A stretch of 63,611 bases of DNA, filler included, from Sanchytrium tribonematis (GCA_018985235.1; 25 parts of 25 records of this genome joined end to end with filler, not necessarily neighbours in it); one strand, 5' to 3'; counted from the first letter of the whole stretch, positions 45,879 to 58,166 are shown. The notes: generated by a model from the letters alone, not told the origin. Translations and numbers: made by a program.

Positions 45879-46535
45879 ATGACAACTTCTTCCCTCTCAA
45901 ATTCTTGTTCGACTGCATATATCGCTGCGCTTACATGTATAAATTCTAATTCTATTCCAAATTCTGCCATAAGATCCAGTTATTGTTCGAATTGTGCAGA
46001 TTTAACAAATTCACTTTTAACAAAGTGCAATCAAAAAGATTTAAAAGATAAGACAATATGGGATATTGCTATACGTTGCCACAATGAAGATGGCCTTATT
46101 TGTGCCGCATATCCAGGTTTTATTGAACGCTCAATGACTTGTTCGAACAAATGCGCTCAATTTGTTTCAAAAATGATATTAGTTGGAAATATCGCTGAAG
46201 ATTCAGAACCTGATCAGAGAGAAAAGGTGGAGAAGTGTGCTGCACTATATGAGTCCGCAAATGACAACCAAAATGAAAATTCAGCCACCAAATTGACCAA
46301 TTCAGACAATTCAAGTAATTCAAACATTTCAAACATTTCAAATATTTCAAACATTTCTAACAATTTAATTGGTTCAAATAACACAAACAACTCTAGCAAC
46401 TCAACCAGTTCAACCGATTCAATCAGTTCTACCAATTCAATCAATTCGACTAATTCAACCAATTCCGATACCAGCTCATCAGCAAATACATTTTTTTATT
46501 CAATATTGACTGTGTCAACAATGCTACTTGTTTAA
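45879..46535 (+). CDS. Cys-rich protein with Ser/Asn repeat stalk and GPI-like hydrophobic end
   Basis: About 10 Cys, SNISNI/STNSIN repeats, terminal FFYSILTVSTMLLV. Confidence 0.65.
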   Translation: MTTSSLSNSCSTAYIAALTCINSNSIPNSAIRSSYCSNCADLTNSLLTKCNQKDLKDKTIWDIAIRCHNEDGLICAAYPGFIERSMTCSNKCAQFVSKMILVGNIAEDSEPDQREKVEKCAALYESANDNQNENSATKLTNSDNSSNSNISNISNISNISNNLIGSNNTNNSSNSTSSTDSISSTNSINSTNSTNSDTSSSANTFFYSILTVSTMLLV

Positions 46536-46944
46536 AATAAAGAACTGATGGATGAATTGGCATGTCAAACAAGCTTTTCTATTCTTTTCCAAGTGTATTT
46601 TAGTAATAACCGATTAAAAACACAAATTTGGTTCAAACACTGTTTTGTACGTCCAAATCTTGGCAAGCACGTTTGGCTTGGCAATTGACCTAGTCATCTC
46701 TGATCAATGCTGTTCGTCTCAAATTGAAACATAATGTTTTTATTTTTCTCTTTACTCTTCTGCATCCCAAAACCAATTCAGCATGTTTATATTACATTTT
46801 ATGGATTCGATGACAATGACAACGGAATGGGGACTTATGCAGTCNNNNNNNNNNNNNNNNNNNNNNNNNNNNNNNNNNNNNNNNNNNNTTAATTAATTAA
46901 NNNNNNNNNNNNNNNNNNNNNNNNNNNNNNNNNNNNNNNNNNNN

Positions 46945-48727
46945 CGAGAGAGTATGAGCCAGCAGATGAAAAGTGGTCGGACTCCATACCATGTTTTGCG
47001 GCGCCACCCTCAGGGGTTCGGTTCCAGGACATGCCGGACTCACACACCACAGTGAAGCGCGGCGAGCGCTGTCAAGACTGCCACGTCTAGGGGGCACGTC
47101 GTGAGCACTGAATGGGGGCCCCCCTTCAGTCGCAACGAACTCGCCATGAGCCAAGCTGGTGATGAACCCGGTCTAGCTGCCAAACTGGCCAAGATGACGG
47201 TCGCGCAAGTAAATGAGATGCTAGATGAGCTAGACGAAGAGCTGGGTCCGTGGACGGATGGAGAGACCGCGTCCATGCTCTTCAGTCCAGCTACTCTTCA
47301 CATGTATGCAAATGCACGCATGGATGAGGCGGCAGAGGCCGATTGGGGCTTACCTGCCCCTAGCAAGGCCGCAAAGAGAGCACGAAAGAAGGCACGAGTT
47401 GCAGCCAGCACCATCGAGCAGCCTGGGGGCGCCATCCCTCCGTCACGCGCTGATGAGTCGTCTGAGGCTGTTACCGAGCCGCGCCGCAAGCGTACACTCA
47501 ATGAGCAGAGCCACGTACTGGTGTCACAGCGCGCTGAGGGACACCCCCTTACGCCTGCAGCACTCAGCCGTGAGGCTTTTATAGAGCTACAGCAGAGAGA
47601 CGCGTTCAGGCAGGCAATAGCGCGCACGCTGAGAGAGGGGACTTTGCCCCAGGACGGCGAGCTAGCGCTGCACTTGATGATGAACAGGGACTGGTATTGC
47701 TTAGAGGAAGACGGACTGCTGGTGCACCTGGCCACCAGCCATCCCAAGCGCGGGACTGTGCTGCGCCAATGGTATGTACCAACAGCACTTCGCGCACTGG
47801 TGATGAGGCTTGGGCTAGCGCTACTCACTTGCGAATCTTTGAGCGCTTTTACTGGCCTCAGATGGGCAATGATGTACGCACCTACGTCACCATCTGCATG
47901 GCATGTCTGCAGCGTAAGAAAGCGACCACTAGCAAGGCCCAGTTGATGTTGACGCTGCCAACTCGCATGTTTCAGCGAGCGCACACTGACATCACTATGA
48001 CCTCAGTGACGTCCAGTGAAGGGCACATTGGATTACTCACAGTGATCGAAGCGCGTTATGGGTTCTGTTGGCTCATGCCAATCAAGAACAAAGACATGCT
48101 CACCACTTCCAAACTGCTCTACAAGGTGATCCTTGAGTCAGGGTCGATGATACAGGAGTTGGTGTCAGACCAAGGAGAAGAGTTCTTGAACGCAGTGGTG
48201 AGCGACCTGTATAAACTCTTCAAAATCAAGAAGATCGATACCAGCGCATACTATCCGCAGGCCAATGGTGTGGCCGAGCGCCAGAATGAGAGGATCATGG
48301 CAGCATTGACTATGTGGGTCAACGCCACCCAGAAGAATTGGCATGAGGGCATAGAGGCCGTGCAATACGCGATGAGGGCGACCCCACGAGAAGACACTGG
48401 GCTCAGCCCCTTCTTCTGCGTGTACGGGCGCGAGCCGTCAGTGCCCTTTGCGACGTTCACTTGTGGCAGCGGTAGGCAGAAGTGTGCAAAAATGCATGTT
48501 GAGCACTGTGGCAACAGTTGAAATTGAAGTTGAACTTCAAGTTGAAGTTGAAGTTTGAAAAATGTTGAAGTTGAGGTTGTGCAATGTTCAACACACTCCA
48601 TTTGAGGTTGAGACTGGTCTAGAGTGGATGCTCAGCGGGCCGCGCTGAGCAATGCTGCATGCATGTCATCTGGTTAATAATCACTGAACACCCAAAATCA
48701 TGGAATGAAGACTTCTTCTTGTTCAGC
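46945..48727 (+). mobile_element. GC-rich contig with a degenerate Ty3/gypsy integrase region
   Basis: ERFYWPQM..VRTYV.IC.AC, LVSDQGEEF, TSAYYPQANGVAER and TGLSPF motifs; frameshift near 47815; base composition unlike the other contigs. Confidence 0.85.
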
Positions 48728-49184
48728 NNNNNNNNNNNNNNNNNNNNNNNNNNNNNNNNNNNNNNNNNNNNTTAATTAATTAANNNNNNNNNNNNNNNNN
48801 NNNNNNNNNNNNNNNNNNNNNNNNNNNTGCAAAGCATAGTTGATAACTATTCCACTAGATTGAGAATAGCTAAATAAGAAATGATAGAATGTGCTTCACT
48901 TTATAGTTTGTGCTCAACCTTAATTGTAGATTAAGGTCAATTGTAATAAATTTTCAATAGATATCTAAATCACTATATTTAAATTTACAGGATGGGTTGA
49001 TATTCTGTCTTTTGATGTGTAAGAAGATCTCAAGTCAAAATTAAAAATCTTTTACAAAAATAGCCAACTGTTCTGCTTATAATGTAAATTATAAAGTGTT
49101 AACTTGAATACATTATCAACACCTAAATACCACATTTAGATATTTGGAAGGGGTAATTCTGATTGCCAATCATACAAAATCCAA

Positions 49185-49721
49185 ATGATGAACTGGCTAC
49201 GAGATAGAGATAACAAAGTGACGTTTATCAACAAAAGGATTAGCTTAGATTCACTGAGATGGAAAAGAAGCGAAAATAGTTTGAGCGATTCTTCGGATTC
49301 GACTTTAATACATTTAGATCGCGAAACTTTAAAAATGATATCAAAGTCCTATAGAAAGCTTTTGACTTTCAGAACTTTTCATGAGCAAGTGATAATTACA
49401 AATTCCATAGCTTATTATACGCCATGTCTATTCTTTGAACGGGAATATTTGCAAATTTATCAATCACCATCAACTCCTCGTAAAAGGTCCTTTCGTGATC
49501 TAACCCCCAAACCGAAGGAAAAGAGACCTTCTGTTGTAAAAAGAGCTCTTTTACAAACAAATCTTGCTTTAGAGCAAGCAAAATTATATATATCACAGAT
49601 AAATTGGAACCCAGATATGCTCGACAAAAAGAAAAAACGCCGGCAAAGTGAAGTTTTTGATAGGGACACATCGTTGACAGAAACTTTGAACTTACGCAGA
49701 CGAAAATCTGACATATTTTGA
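49185..49721 (+). CDS. Hypothetical basic protein
   Basis: 178-aa ORF ending convergently with the proteasome gene, with AATAAA after the stop. Confidence 0.5.
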   Translation: MMNWLRDRDNKVTFINKRISLDSLRWKRSENSLSDSSDSTLIHLDRETLKMISKSYRKLLTFRTFHEQVIITNSIAYYTPCLFFEREYLQIYQSPSTPRKRSFRDLTPKPKEKRPSVVKRALLQTNLALEQAKLYISQINWNPDMLDKKKKRRQSEVFDRDTSLTETLNLRRRKSDIF

Positions 49722-49736
49722 AATAAAATTTTAGCT

Positions 49737-50472
49737 TTATTCTTGATCCAGAATTCTTGTCATGTTGGCTTCCACCTCAGTTTCCTTTAGAATCACAAAC
49801 TCTCCGTCTTTGAGTAAAGCGATTTCTATTTCTTTTGGCTTAAGTTCAGATCCAATAACACTCATAAAGGATGTGAGGCACGAATCCAAAGATTTAACTA
49901 AATAAATTGAAAGTACCTTTCTTGTCAGAAGAAAATAATTTTTCAAGATGATTGAGGGCCTCTTGTTGTTTTTGCCCTGATGAAGTAGCTTTGTACTTAG
50001 CATAATGACCCGCAGGATCAATCTTAAATAGCTCTGGGTTGTTAGAATCATCATAACCAATAACTAATAGAGCGGAGCCCGGCAAGCGCATTCCAGCGTA
50101 CTGCGTTCCCATTTGGTTTCTATTAGCAATTTTTTTTACAAGTAGCTCGACCGGAATAGGATAGCCAAATTCGTATTGAAATCCAGCAGCTTCCTCGCGG
50201 GCTCGTGCGACCATCAACTTGCCATCAGGTATTAAACCAGAGATACAGCAACCAATATGTCTGTCTAATTTGTGCATTGAAGTGACCGTATTTGGATCCA
50301 TGAGTTTTGAAGGTACTTTCTTTTGTGTAATCAGAACAGCATTCCCTTCAGAAGTTATACCAATGCAAGTATTCTGGGAGTTTGTTATAGCTTTAAATGC
50401 GTATTCAACCTGGTATAAACGACCCTCTGGTGAAAATACTGAAATATTTCGATCAAACCCCGAAGTTGACAT
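49737..50472 (-). CDS. SCL1: 20S proteasome subunit alpha-1 (PSMA6/Scl1), 2 exons
   Basis: FDRNISVFSPEGRLYQVEYAFKA and FKIDPAGH motifs. The C-terminus is restored by removing 49898-49916. Confidence 0.93.
49898..49916 (-). other. 19-nt spliceosomal intron (proteasome alpha)
   Basis: GTACTTTCAATTTATTTAG; removal gives DKKVKSLD..SVIGSELKPKEIEIA. Confidence 0.88.
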
Positions 50473-50738
50473 TTGCCGTTACAAAAAATCAGACACATTT
50501 ATTGTGGCATTGAACTTTCGGACCAATTTAGCTTCTCAAAACCTGGTTCCGATATTATGTGATGATTTTTCAACAATTTTGCGCTGCATTCCGCCATTGT
50601 TTTGGAATTNNNNNNNNNNNNNNNNNNNNNNNNNNNNNNNNNNNNNNNNNNNNTTAATTAATTAANNNNNNNNNNNNNNNNNNNNNNNNNNNNNNNNNNN
50701 NNNNNNNNNAATCGATTAATGTAAATAAATATAATTAC

Positions 50739-52248
50739 CTAAAATTTACTAAACATTGACAATCTTGTAGCATCTCTCTTGTATGGCAATTTGGCCAAAA
50801 TAATTCCAATAAATATTAAATTGATGCCCAATTTGACCAGCATTAAATATTCGAATCGAATGGCTTCTAGCTCTGATTTACCCTCCCATTTGATCAAGCT
50901 GGTGATATGTAAGCTAGTAATTCTAGTAGAAACCACAGATTTTATATTTACAACGTTTTTTGAAAGTGTATTTGTTACACTTTTAGAGGCAATATTAGGT
51001 CCTAAAATAGATCCTAAATGAATACAAAATACGTGTGACTACTGAGTTCGAATCGGCTTCCAGGCTAGATAGGTCAGAAACATAAATAACAGAAGAAGCA
51101 AAATTCAATTCACTGTTTCTGTTGCTACTACTGCTGTCGCTATTGGTAATTACTGCCGCAGATGCAACTGTAGATACATCACATTTTATACCAGGATCAG
51201 CGTACGCATTAGTAGAGCTGCATTTACTGGCGAATGATTTTGCAGAAATCGTGTTTAACATTGGATTATTGCTCAAATCACAGGTAGAAATGGCAGTCTG
51301 ATTCAAGACATTCACATCAGTGATTAAATTGGATGTCAGATTCAATACAGTAGGCGCCTTAAAGGTTAATTCACCCCGCAATCGATTGTCACTCAATTTG
51401 CAAGTAGAACAAACAAATGTCGTATTTTGGCATCCTGTGAGCGCATTGGAGTTAAGTACTAGAGAGCCATTTACTTGAGTTGCATATTGCGCTGGAATAG
51501 GACCAGTCAATTGATTAAAATCAAAAAATACATTGACTACTTTTGGAGGCAATAGGGGTAAATTGCCAGTCAATTGATTATTTGAGAATGATAATCGCGT
51601 CAAATTGGCAGGGAATGGCCCATTTAATGTTCCAGTAAAATTGTTAGAATCCATTAAAATACGTGAGACTGAATCTGGAAAAGTTGGTACATTTCCTTTA
51701 AATTGGTTTTTGTTACCAATGATCTCAAGCAACGTACTTGGGAATGTAGTCGTAATCACTCCACTCAATCGATTTTTCTGAATATACAGATACTGCAAAG
51801 TAGGTGGAAGTGATGGAATATTTCCAGTTAATGCATTTACACTAAAATCGATCAATTTCAACGTATTTGGTAGATCTGTTGGGATACTACCATAAAGAGC
51901 ATTATTAGACAATACTAAATCTACCAATGGGGCATTAATTGCGCTAGGGATCGTAGAATTCAATTTAATATTGTTCTTTAGAGTCAAAGACGTTAAATTT
52001 GGCGGAATATTCTTATTCAAAAGCGTACCATTGATGTTCAGGTTCTTGATTTCTAATGAAGTTATACCAAATCCACCACATGTCAATTGAATTCCATTAA
52101 TAGGAAAATAAGATATGAAGCAGCAATTAGCTGGAATGGAGTTATAAAGCGTCGCATCTGTATTATGCATGTTCAAATCTCTCAAAAAACTCATTAATAC
52201 CTGACAATCTTGAAAAGTCGTGCCCATAATCACGAAATTTAAAAGCAT
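50739..52248 (-). CDS. Complete LRR receptor-like protein, 2 exons
   Basis: DC..L..F..LN..PANCC cap, LRRs and stalk. After removing 51014-51032 the frame reaches a TM segment and tail like those of the 41484 paralog. Confidence 0.87.
51014..51032 (-). other. 19-nt spliceosomal intron (LRR protein)
   Basis: GTATTTTGTATTCATTTAG; removal joins the ectodomain to the TM exon. Confidence 0.85.
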
Positions 52249-52582
52249 TTTCTGAAACTTTTGGCCTGCTATAAAATTCAATTTTTTTGAGACTCAATAG
52301 AATTTATTTTGTTGTTCTAAATAAGAATATCGCATCATCACTTGTTGTAAATTCATATTTGGCATCTCCTCATACCGAATATCATCTCCATTTATCCATC
52401 GAATCCCAAATATCATTTTACAGTAAGAAAATAACAAATTTGGCATATCGCATTTTAGCCAATATTGATCTCCCACACGATTNNNNNNNNNNNNNNNNNN
52501 NNNNNNNNNNNNNNNNNNNNNNNNNNTTAATTAATTAANNNNNNNNNNNNNNNNNNNNNNNNNNNNNNNNNNNNNNNNNNNN

Positions 52583-52625
<43 letters not shown>

Positions 52626-52701
52626 AATGGTTTAGTGAGATTTTCGGATCGACGCAATGGTTTCCGCCTTTGTGTTGAGAAGTTACTCAAACTTGGTCAT
52701 T

Positions 52702-52736
<35 letters not shown>

Positions 52737-52759
52737 AGGAATCTGCGGAAGGATCATTC
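52583..52759 (+). rRNA. 18S rRNA 3' end
   Basis: GTACACACCGCCCGTC, CTTGGTCATTTAGAGGAAGTAAAAGTCGTAACAAGG and GGATCATT. Confidence 0.97.
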
Positions 52760-52943
52760 TTGATACCTGGCTGGGCGTAAGCCTGGCCAAACCATGTGTG
52801 AACCCAACGAATTATTCCCTTTCAAGGCTGGAGTGTCTCTGGGGTCGTGGCTATGCCTCGGCTGTAGAGTGCTTTGGTTGCGATTGGGGCATTGCCTGGC
52901 AACAGGCTATCACGTTTAAAGCAGGGAAAATCAATATAAAAGT

Positions 52944-53090
52944 ACAACTTTTAGCGATGGATCTCTTGGCTCTCACACCGATGAAGAACGCAGCAAACTG
53001 CGATAAGCAATGCGAAACGCAGTTGTTCGTGAGTCATCCGGTATTCGAACGCACATGGCAGGTCCTCGGACCTACGTCTGGTTGAGGGTC
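52944..53090 (+). rRNA. 5.8S rRNA (divergent)
   Basis: AACTTTTAGCGATGGATCTCTTGG, CGATGAAGAACGCAGC and GAACGCAC. Confidence 0.92.
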
Positions 53091-53230
53091 TTATTTACTT
53101 CACCCCGGTGGGATGTGAATGGGCACTTGGCTCATTTGAAAGGCAGGGTAACCTGTACCTGAACCGTTTGGTGGACAATCGAGCGGAACTAGGGACAGGC
53201 GGCATTTGGTAAGCAGATGCCACTCTTTCT

Positions 53231-54348
53231 TTGACCTCAACTCAGGCGAGACTACCCGCTGAACTTAAGCATATCAATAAGCGGAGGAAAAGACACCAAC
53301 AGGGATTCCCTTAGTAACGGCGAGTGAAACGGGAGAAGCGCAACATGGGAATCGTGCCGCAAGGTTCGAGTTGTAGGGTTGCATTGTTTGCCTTGGGCAA
53401 AGCGGCGTGTAAGTCTCTTGGAACAGAGCAGCATAGAGGGTGATACTCCCGTGACGCGCCGCTGCGTCTGTGATGGTAAGCAATAGGCGAGTCGGGTTGT
53501 TTGGGAATGCAGCTCAAAAGGGTGGTAAACTCCATCCAACGCTAAATACTGGTGAGAGACCGATAGCAAACAAGTACCGTGAGGGAAAGATGAAAAGCAC
53601 CTTGAAAAGGGCGTTAAAAGAATGTGAAATCGCTAAGGGGGAAGCGTTGCCAGCGAGTGCAGTATGGCGCAGATCATGTATTCCATTGGGATGCTGCACT
53701 GTGTGTCGTACTGGTCCACATCAGTTTCGGCTGCTGGATGATCTTTCTGGAAGGTAGTGTCCCCGGACATGTTAAGCCAGGAAGGACGCAGTGGCTTCGA
53801 CTGAGGATCGCCGTGTACGTTTGCGTGACCTTTGATCTCTGAGGGATTACCGGCTGGTCCATTTTTAATGAGCTAGTCGAGTCGTCCTTCACCGGTTAAA
53901 CGGATCGCTCTACACGAAGGATGTGGGCGAAATCGCTTGTAGCGACCCGTCTTGAATTCGAGACTGAGAGTGGGCTCTGGAGCCTGCTAGTGGATATACA
54001 TCCGCGACACCGTCAAATTGCGGGAACACCCTTAGAGCTTTGACTACCAAGTGCAGCTGGAAACAGTTGCATGGCTAGGCTAATGACCCTAGGTACGGTA
54101 ACAACGTCAAAGATTGGGCAATCCGCAGCCAACTCCTACGTCACTAGATATGGAGGCAGTTCAGAGACTAAATGTCGGTGGTCAGCATCACGCTGGTTAA
54201 GATATAGCCCGTCCCAGGTCAAGCGGCCTGACTCAAAGAGTGGCATCACAGATGCTGGATAAACGGAAACACGGACCAAGGAGTCTAATAGACGTGCGAG
54301 TGGTAAGGTGGCAAACCTTGGCGCGAAATGAAAGTAACAGGTACGACC
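53231..54348 (+). rRNA. 28S rRNA 5' part, interrupted by a group I intron
   Basis: ACCCGCTGAACTTAAGCATATCAATAAGCGGAGG, AACAAGTACCGTGAGGGAAAG and GACCCGTCTT|GAAACACGGACCAAGG. Confidence 0.96.
53954..54265 (+). ncRNA. Group I intron (IC1-like), 312 nt
   Basis: P1 GUCUU/GAGAC with a U-G splice pair; P AATTGCGGGAA; Q AATCCGCAGC; R GTTCAGAGACTA; S AAGATATAGCC; terminal omega-G. Confidence 0.93.
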
Positions 54349-54448
54349 NNNNNNNNNNNNNNNNNNNNNNNNNNNNNNNNNNNNNNNNNNNNTTAATTAA
54401 TTAANNNNNNNNNNNNNNNNNNNNNNNNNNNNNNNNNNNNNNNNNNNN

Positions 54449-56210
54449 CTGTCAAAGTAGGTAGGTGGAAAAGGTGTTTTGTTCAAAGATGTAACCAATT
54501 CAAAATACTTTTCATAAACATTTCCATCATATCGTCCAAAAGGCGAGTTGATGATGAAGTCTGTGAATCCAAATGAGTCTGTAACTTTAATTGCATCCTG
54601 CCTTAAATCCGAGCATAATGTAGTGATCATCAAGGTTGCATTTTCGACATGTTGTGGAGTGAAATAACCAGCGGAAAGAAACTCGGAAGCCAATTCTTTG
54701 ACGCTGTATGTTCCGAATAATAAGCAAAATTTTGTCAAAAGTGCTTTTACCTGAGGCTGATTGTCTGGAACTTCTTTAACAGCTGTGTAGAATCTGCTGT
54801 ATAAATATCCAGTACAATGTATCTTAGCAGCATGAAATCTTTCAAAGGAGCATTCTTCAAAGGCATCTTCCGTACTTTTACCTTCTTTCACAAACTTTTC
54901 GAATAGTTTATAGGCTCTATTGACGGCATGAGCAGAGACCGCATTCCATGCAAGCTTTAAGTTTTCCAAAGTAAAAGCGTTTTCTGTGTGTTTGCTCTTC
55001 AGGATCTCGGGTAATTGATTCAAATAGCTAACTCCACTTGGAAGAGTTTTCCCTTTTAATTTTTCTCGGACGCATTGAATTAGATATCTTCCAAGCTGCA
55101 AAGTTAGAATTGTATTATCACCTTCCCAAGTGCATTGAACCGCAAAATCCGAGTATAAACCAGGGAGACCATTGTAAGCACTGTATCCATGACCTAAATT
55201 AAATTTCAATACCTCCGCAAGCTTGACGAGATTGATCAATAATGTTTAAAGTGTTCCAAGTACAAAATGCCTTCAATCCCGCGCTTGTTGCATGAGTTTC
55301 TTTCAATTCTTCTAGCAAAGCCTTGAGACCCTGTGGATTCGCTTTGTCTGCAGTGGGAAGCTTCTCAGATATAGATTCAAACATTTTATAAACTTGGTTT
55401 GCAGCAAAATGCATGGCCAAAGTTTGAGCCATTAAAGGAATAAGGCGGTGTTGATGTATTTGATAATCTAAAAGCTTTTTCTCTGGTTCCCCAAATTGCC
55501 TTCGAACGCAACCATATCTTACAGCAATCGTTAAAGCTTTCTTCGCGATATTGGCAGCATCAACCACCATGGTCACGCGGCCTTGAATCAAAGCACCATA
55601 TGACAATTGCTCTAAAGGAGGAACTGTTACAGTCCCATCTCTTGCCACTTTTGCATGTTTCATCAACATATAACTTCTGGGAATTCGGACATTAGTAAAC
55701 TGAATAAATCCGTTGTCAATGCCATCACGCCCCATTTTTTTACCAATGTCTCCAATAGCTACGCCAGGCAACAAAGTGTAAGTTTGTGGATCTCTTAAAG
55801 GAACAATAAAGACTTTGACTCCATAATCTTTGCCCTCTACAATTAATCTTGCGTAAACAGAGCAATGGGTGGCGCTGTGAGCCGCACCTCCAATCCACCA
55901 TTTCGTAGCCTCCAAATTAGGAGTATGAATCACGAATTCTTCCCTGTTTTTGTCATAGGTGGCAGTAGTTTGAATACCAGCTACATTTGAACCATGTCCA
56001 AGTTCAGTCATGCCAAAACATCCTACCATTCCTTCCAAGGTGAAGGCGCCTTTTGCAACCCAATATACCATTTGTTCATCAGTGCAACCACCTTGTAATG
56101 CACCTAAAAATAAACCATAATGAACCCCGAATCTTGTCCAAGTGGCAGGGTCATGTACACTCAGAATAGACATTCTGAATCTAAAATCGCCCAAACTTTC
56201 TGTAGTCACG
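54449..56210 (-). CDS. POX1: Peroxisomal acyl-CoA oxidase, internal fragment, 2 exons
   Basis: GCFGMTELGHGSNV, KWWIGG, RQACG|GHGYS and TWEGDNT motifs. Confidence 0.94.
55194..55212 (-). other. 19-nt spliceosomal intron (acyl-CoA oxidase)
   Basis: GTATTGAAATTTAATTTAG; removal restores the invariant RQACGGHGYS. Confidence 0.93.
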
Positions 56211-56310
56211 NNNNNNNNNNNNNNNNNNNNNNNNNNNNNNNNNNNNNNNNNNNNTTAATTAATTAANNNNNNNNNNNNNNNNNNNNNNNNNNNNNNNNNN
56301 NNNNNNNNNN

Positions 56311-56744
56311 AACTGACTGGGGAGCGTGTCCGGGATTGATCCTCTCAAATTGTTGTTGTAGACATTTAGTGTCACTATCGAGTCAGGCAAGTCAACTGGA
56401 AGCGTTGTGTTCAAGAGAGTGTTGGTAATTTGTAAATAGTAAAGCGTCGTGGGAATATACTGGCTTTTGATGGTTCCATTGATTTTTACAAGTTCCAATA
56501 AAAATGAATCTATACGCTCATTGGGATAGGTACCAGAGCAGCTGATATCTATACCTCCTGGTGCATCATACAGAAAATATCCGCAACAATCTGTTGGAAT
56601 AAGCTTATAAAAAGCGGGGTCTGTCAAATGAAGATTTAAACCACGAATAAAATTCATGAGAACAGGGCAATCAGCAGATACACCAAATATACGCGTCATA
56701 AAGACGAGATACGTCATAATAATGGATTTGAGATTGACCAACAT
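56311..56744 (-). CDS. LRR receptor-like protein, 5' fragment
   Basis: Hydrophobic leader, ADCPVLMNFIRGLN..PTDCC cap, and first LRRs. Confidence 0.82.
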
Positions 56745-56810
56745 CTTTGAATAAACTTTAGATGGCCTAGTTTCAAATATCAAGCCAATTTATAAAATCA
56801 ATGATATGTT

Positions 56811-57911
56811 TTATTGATGGTATTTCTGATGTAAAAGGTAAAATCGACTATCCACATCATCTCCATTTAAATATGCTCCACATACGCTCCTCTTTCCATT
56901 AAATTCTGTTCTACCATGTAAAATTCTATAATTATCCAAAATAATCGCATTTCCAGGAGTCAATCTCACTTGATAAGTCAATTTATCCAATAATAATTGA
57001 TACTCATGCAATGCGCCATATAAATCATCCATATTTAATGACCTTTCCTCTAATTGTCGAAATACCAAATGATTTAGTAAATCTCGATCATTTGGGTTCC
57101 ATCTTATCATTTGCAATTGGTTGTGAATATTCATAGTGAATATGAGATTGTAATTAATGATATGTTGATCTCCACTGGTCTGAAATGGCAATTTGACTGA
57201 TGTTAAAATATTCTGAGATTTTGATGATAATTTAGAATATGCTAGAAATCCGTCAGAATAGATTGAATCCCCTCCATTTGCTTGTTGTAATACATGAAAT
57301 AATTGAAGTCTTATTGGATTTGTAAAATATGTGGTATCTGTGTGAACTGGTAAAGATTCATAGGAATAAGCAGTGTCTTTATATTTGTAATCAGAAGTGA
57401 ATTCCCATTCATTTCCATAATGCGTTGGTCTTATAAATGATATTCTAGTGGCTATTTTGGCAGTGTCTTGGGTATTTGGTGGGGTATTTTGAATAAATGA
57501 AATGCCATGGATATGGAGATGCTTTAATAATTGATATACGGTAGAATCACTAGATATCAACTCATTATAATCTACAAATGGTATATCAGATGGATTGGTG
57601 ATGTATTGTTTATTAAATGGTTGAAATAAATCAGATTTTTGAGGGAAATGGTAATCGTGTTGCATTAACCAGTCTTGAGTGTATTTGTATTCAATATGAG
57701 GCCATTTGAGATGCAACTGATTGTTAATAATGGACGGAATGGGTGTATTTAATTGAATTGGCTGCGCATTCTTTTGATTTGTGATAGGATGGATTTGAGA
57801 TGGATGGTGATCATGTAACCAAGAATAATTGAATTCGTATATCCTGTCTTTTACTTTTAATTGGATTGCTTTAGGAGTTTTTGAGTGAATCGAAAAATAT
57901 TTTAATATCAT
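56811..57911 (-). CDS. Trimethyllysine dioxygenase / gamma-butyrobetaine hydroxylase family (Fe/2OG)
   Basis: DTAYS, HTDTTYF, QLFH, IRWN.NDR and DNYRILHGR motifs. Confidence 0.9.
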   Translation of the reverse strand: MILKYFSIHSKTPKAIQLKVKDRIYEFNYSWLHDHHPSQIHPITNQKNAQPIQLNTPIPSIINNQLHLKWPHIEYKYTQDWLMQHDYHFPQKSDLFQPFNKQYITNPSDIPFVDYNELISSDSTVYQLLKHLHIHGISFIQNTPPNTQDTAKIATRISFIRPTHYGNEWEFTSDYKYKDTAYSYESLPVHTDTTYFTNPIRLQLFHVLQQANGGDSIYSDGFLAYSKLSSKSQNILTSVKLPFQTSGDQHIINYNLIFTMNIHNQLQMIRWNPNDRDLLNHLVFRQLEERSLNMDDLYGALHEYQLLLDKLTYQVRLTPGNAIILDNYRILHGRTEFNGKRSVCGAYLNGDDVDSRFYLLHQKYHQ

Positions 57912-58166
57912 TTTGTTTCAGGGCCGCAATGGAAAATAAATTGATCATGATGTAGAATTCGGGACAATCGACGTACGGATGCATTTTAAATGCCTCAGAC
58001 AGGCTGTTAAATTGTCGATGCATCGTTTTTCAATCCCAGAATTACCAAGGTTTATCAGATTCTCCGNNNNNNNNNNNNNNNNNNNNNNNNNNNNNNNNNN
58101 NNNNNNNNNNTTAATTAATTAANNNNNNNNNNNNNNNNNNNNNNNNNNNNNNNNNNNNNNNNNNNN

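Noticed and set aside
46300..46470. 9-bp period repeat as a non-coding element
   Set aside because: It encodes the Ser/Asn stalk of the 45879..46535 protein.
52798..54262. ORFs called in the rDNA contig, including a possible homing endonuclease
   Set aside because: They overlap rRNA or ribozyme core sequence and have no His-Cys box or LAGLIDADG motif.
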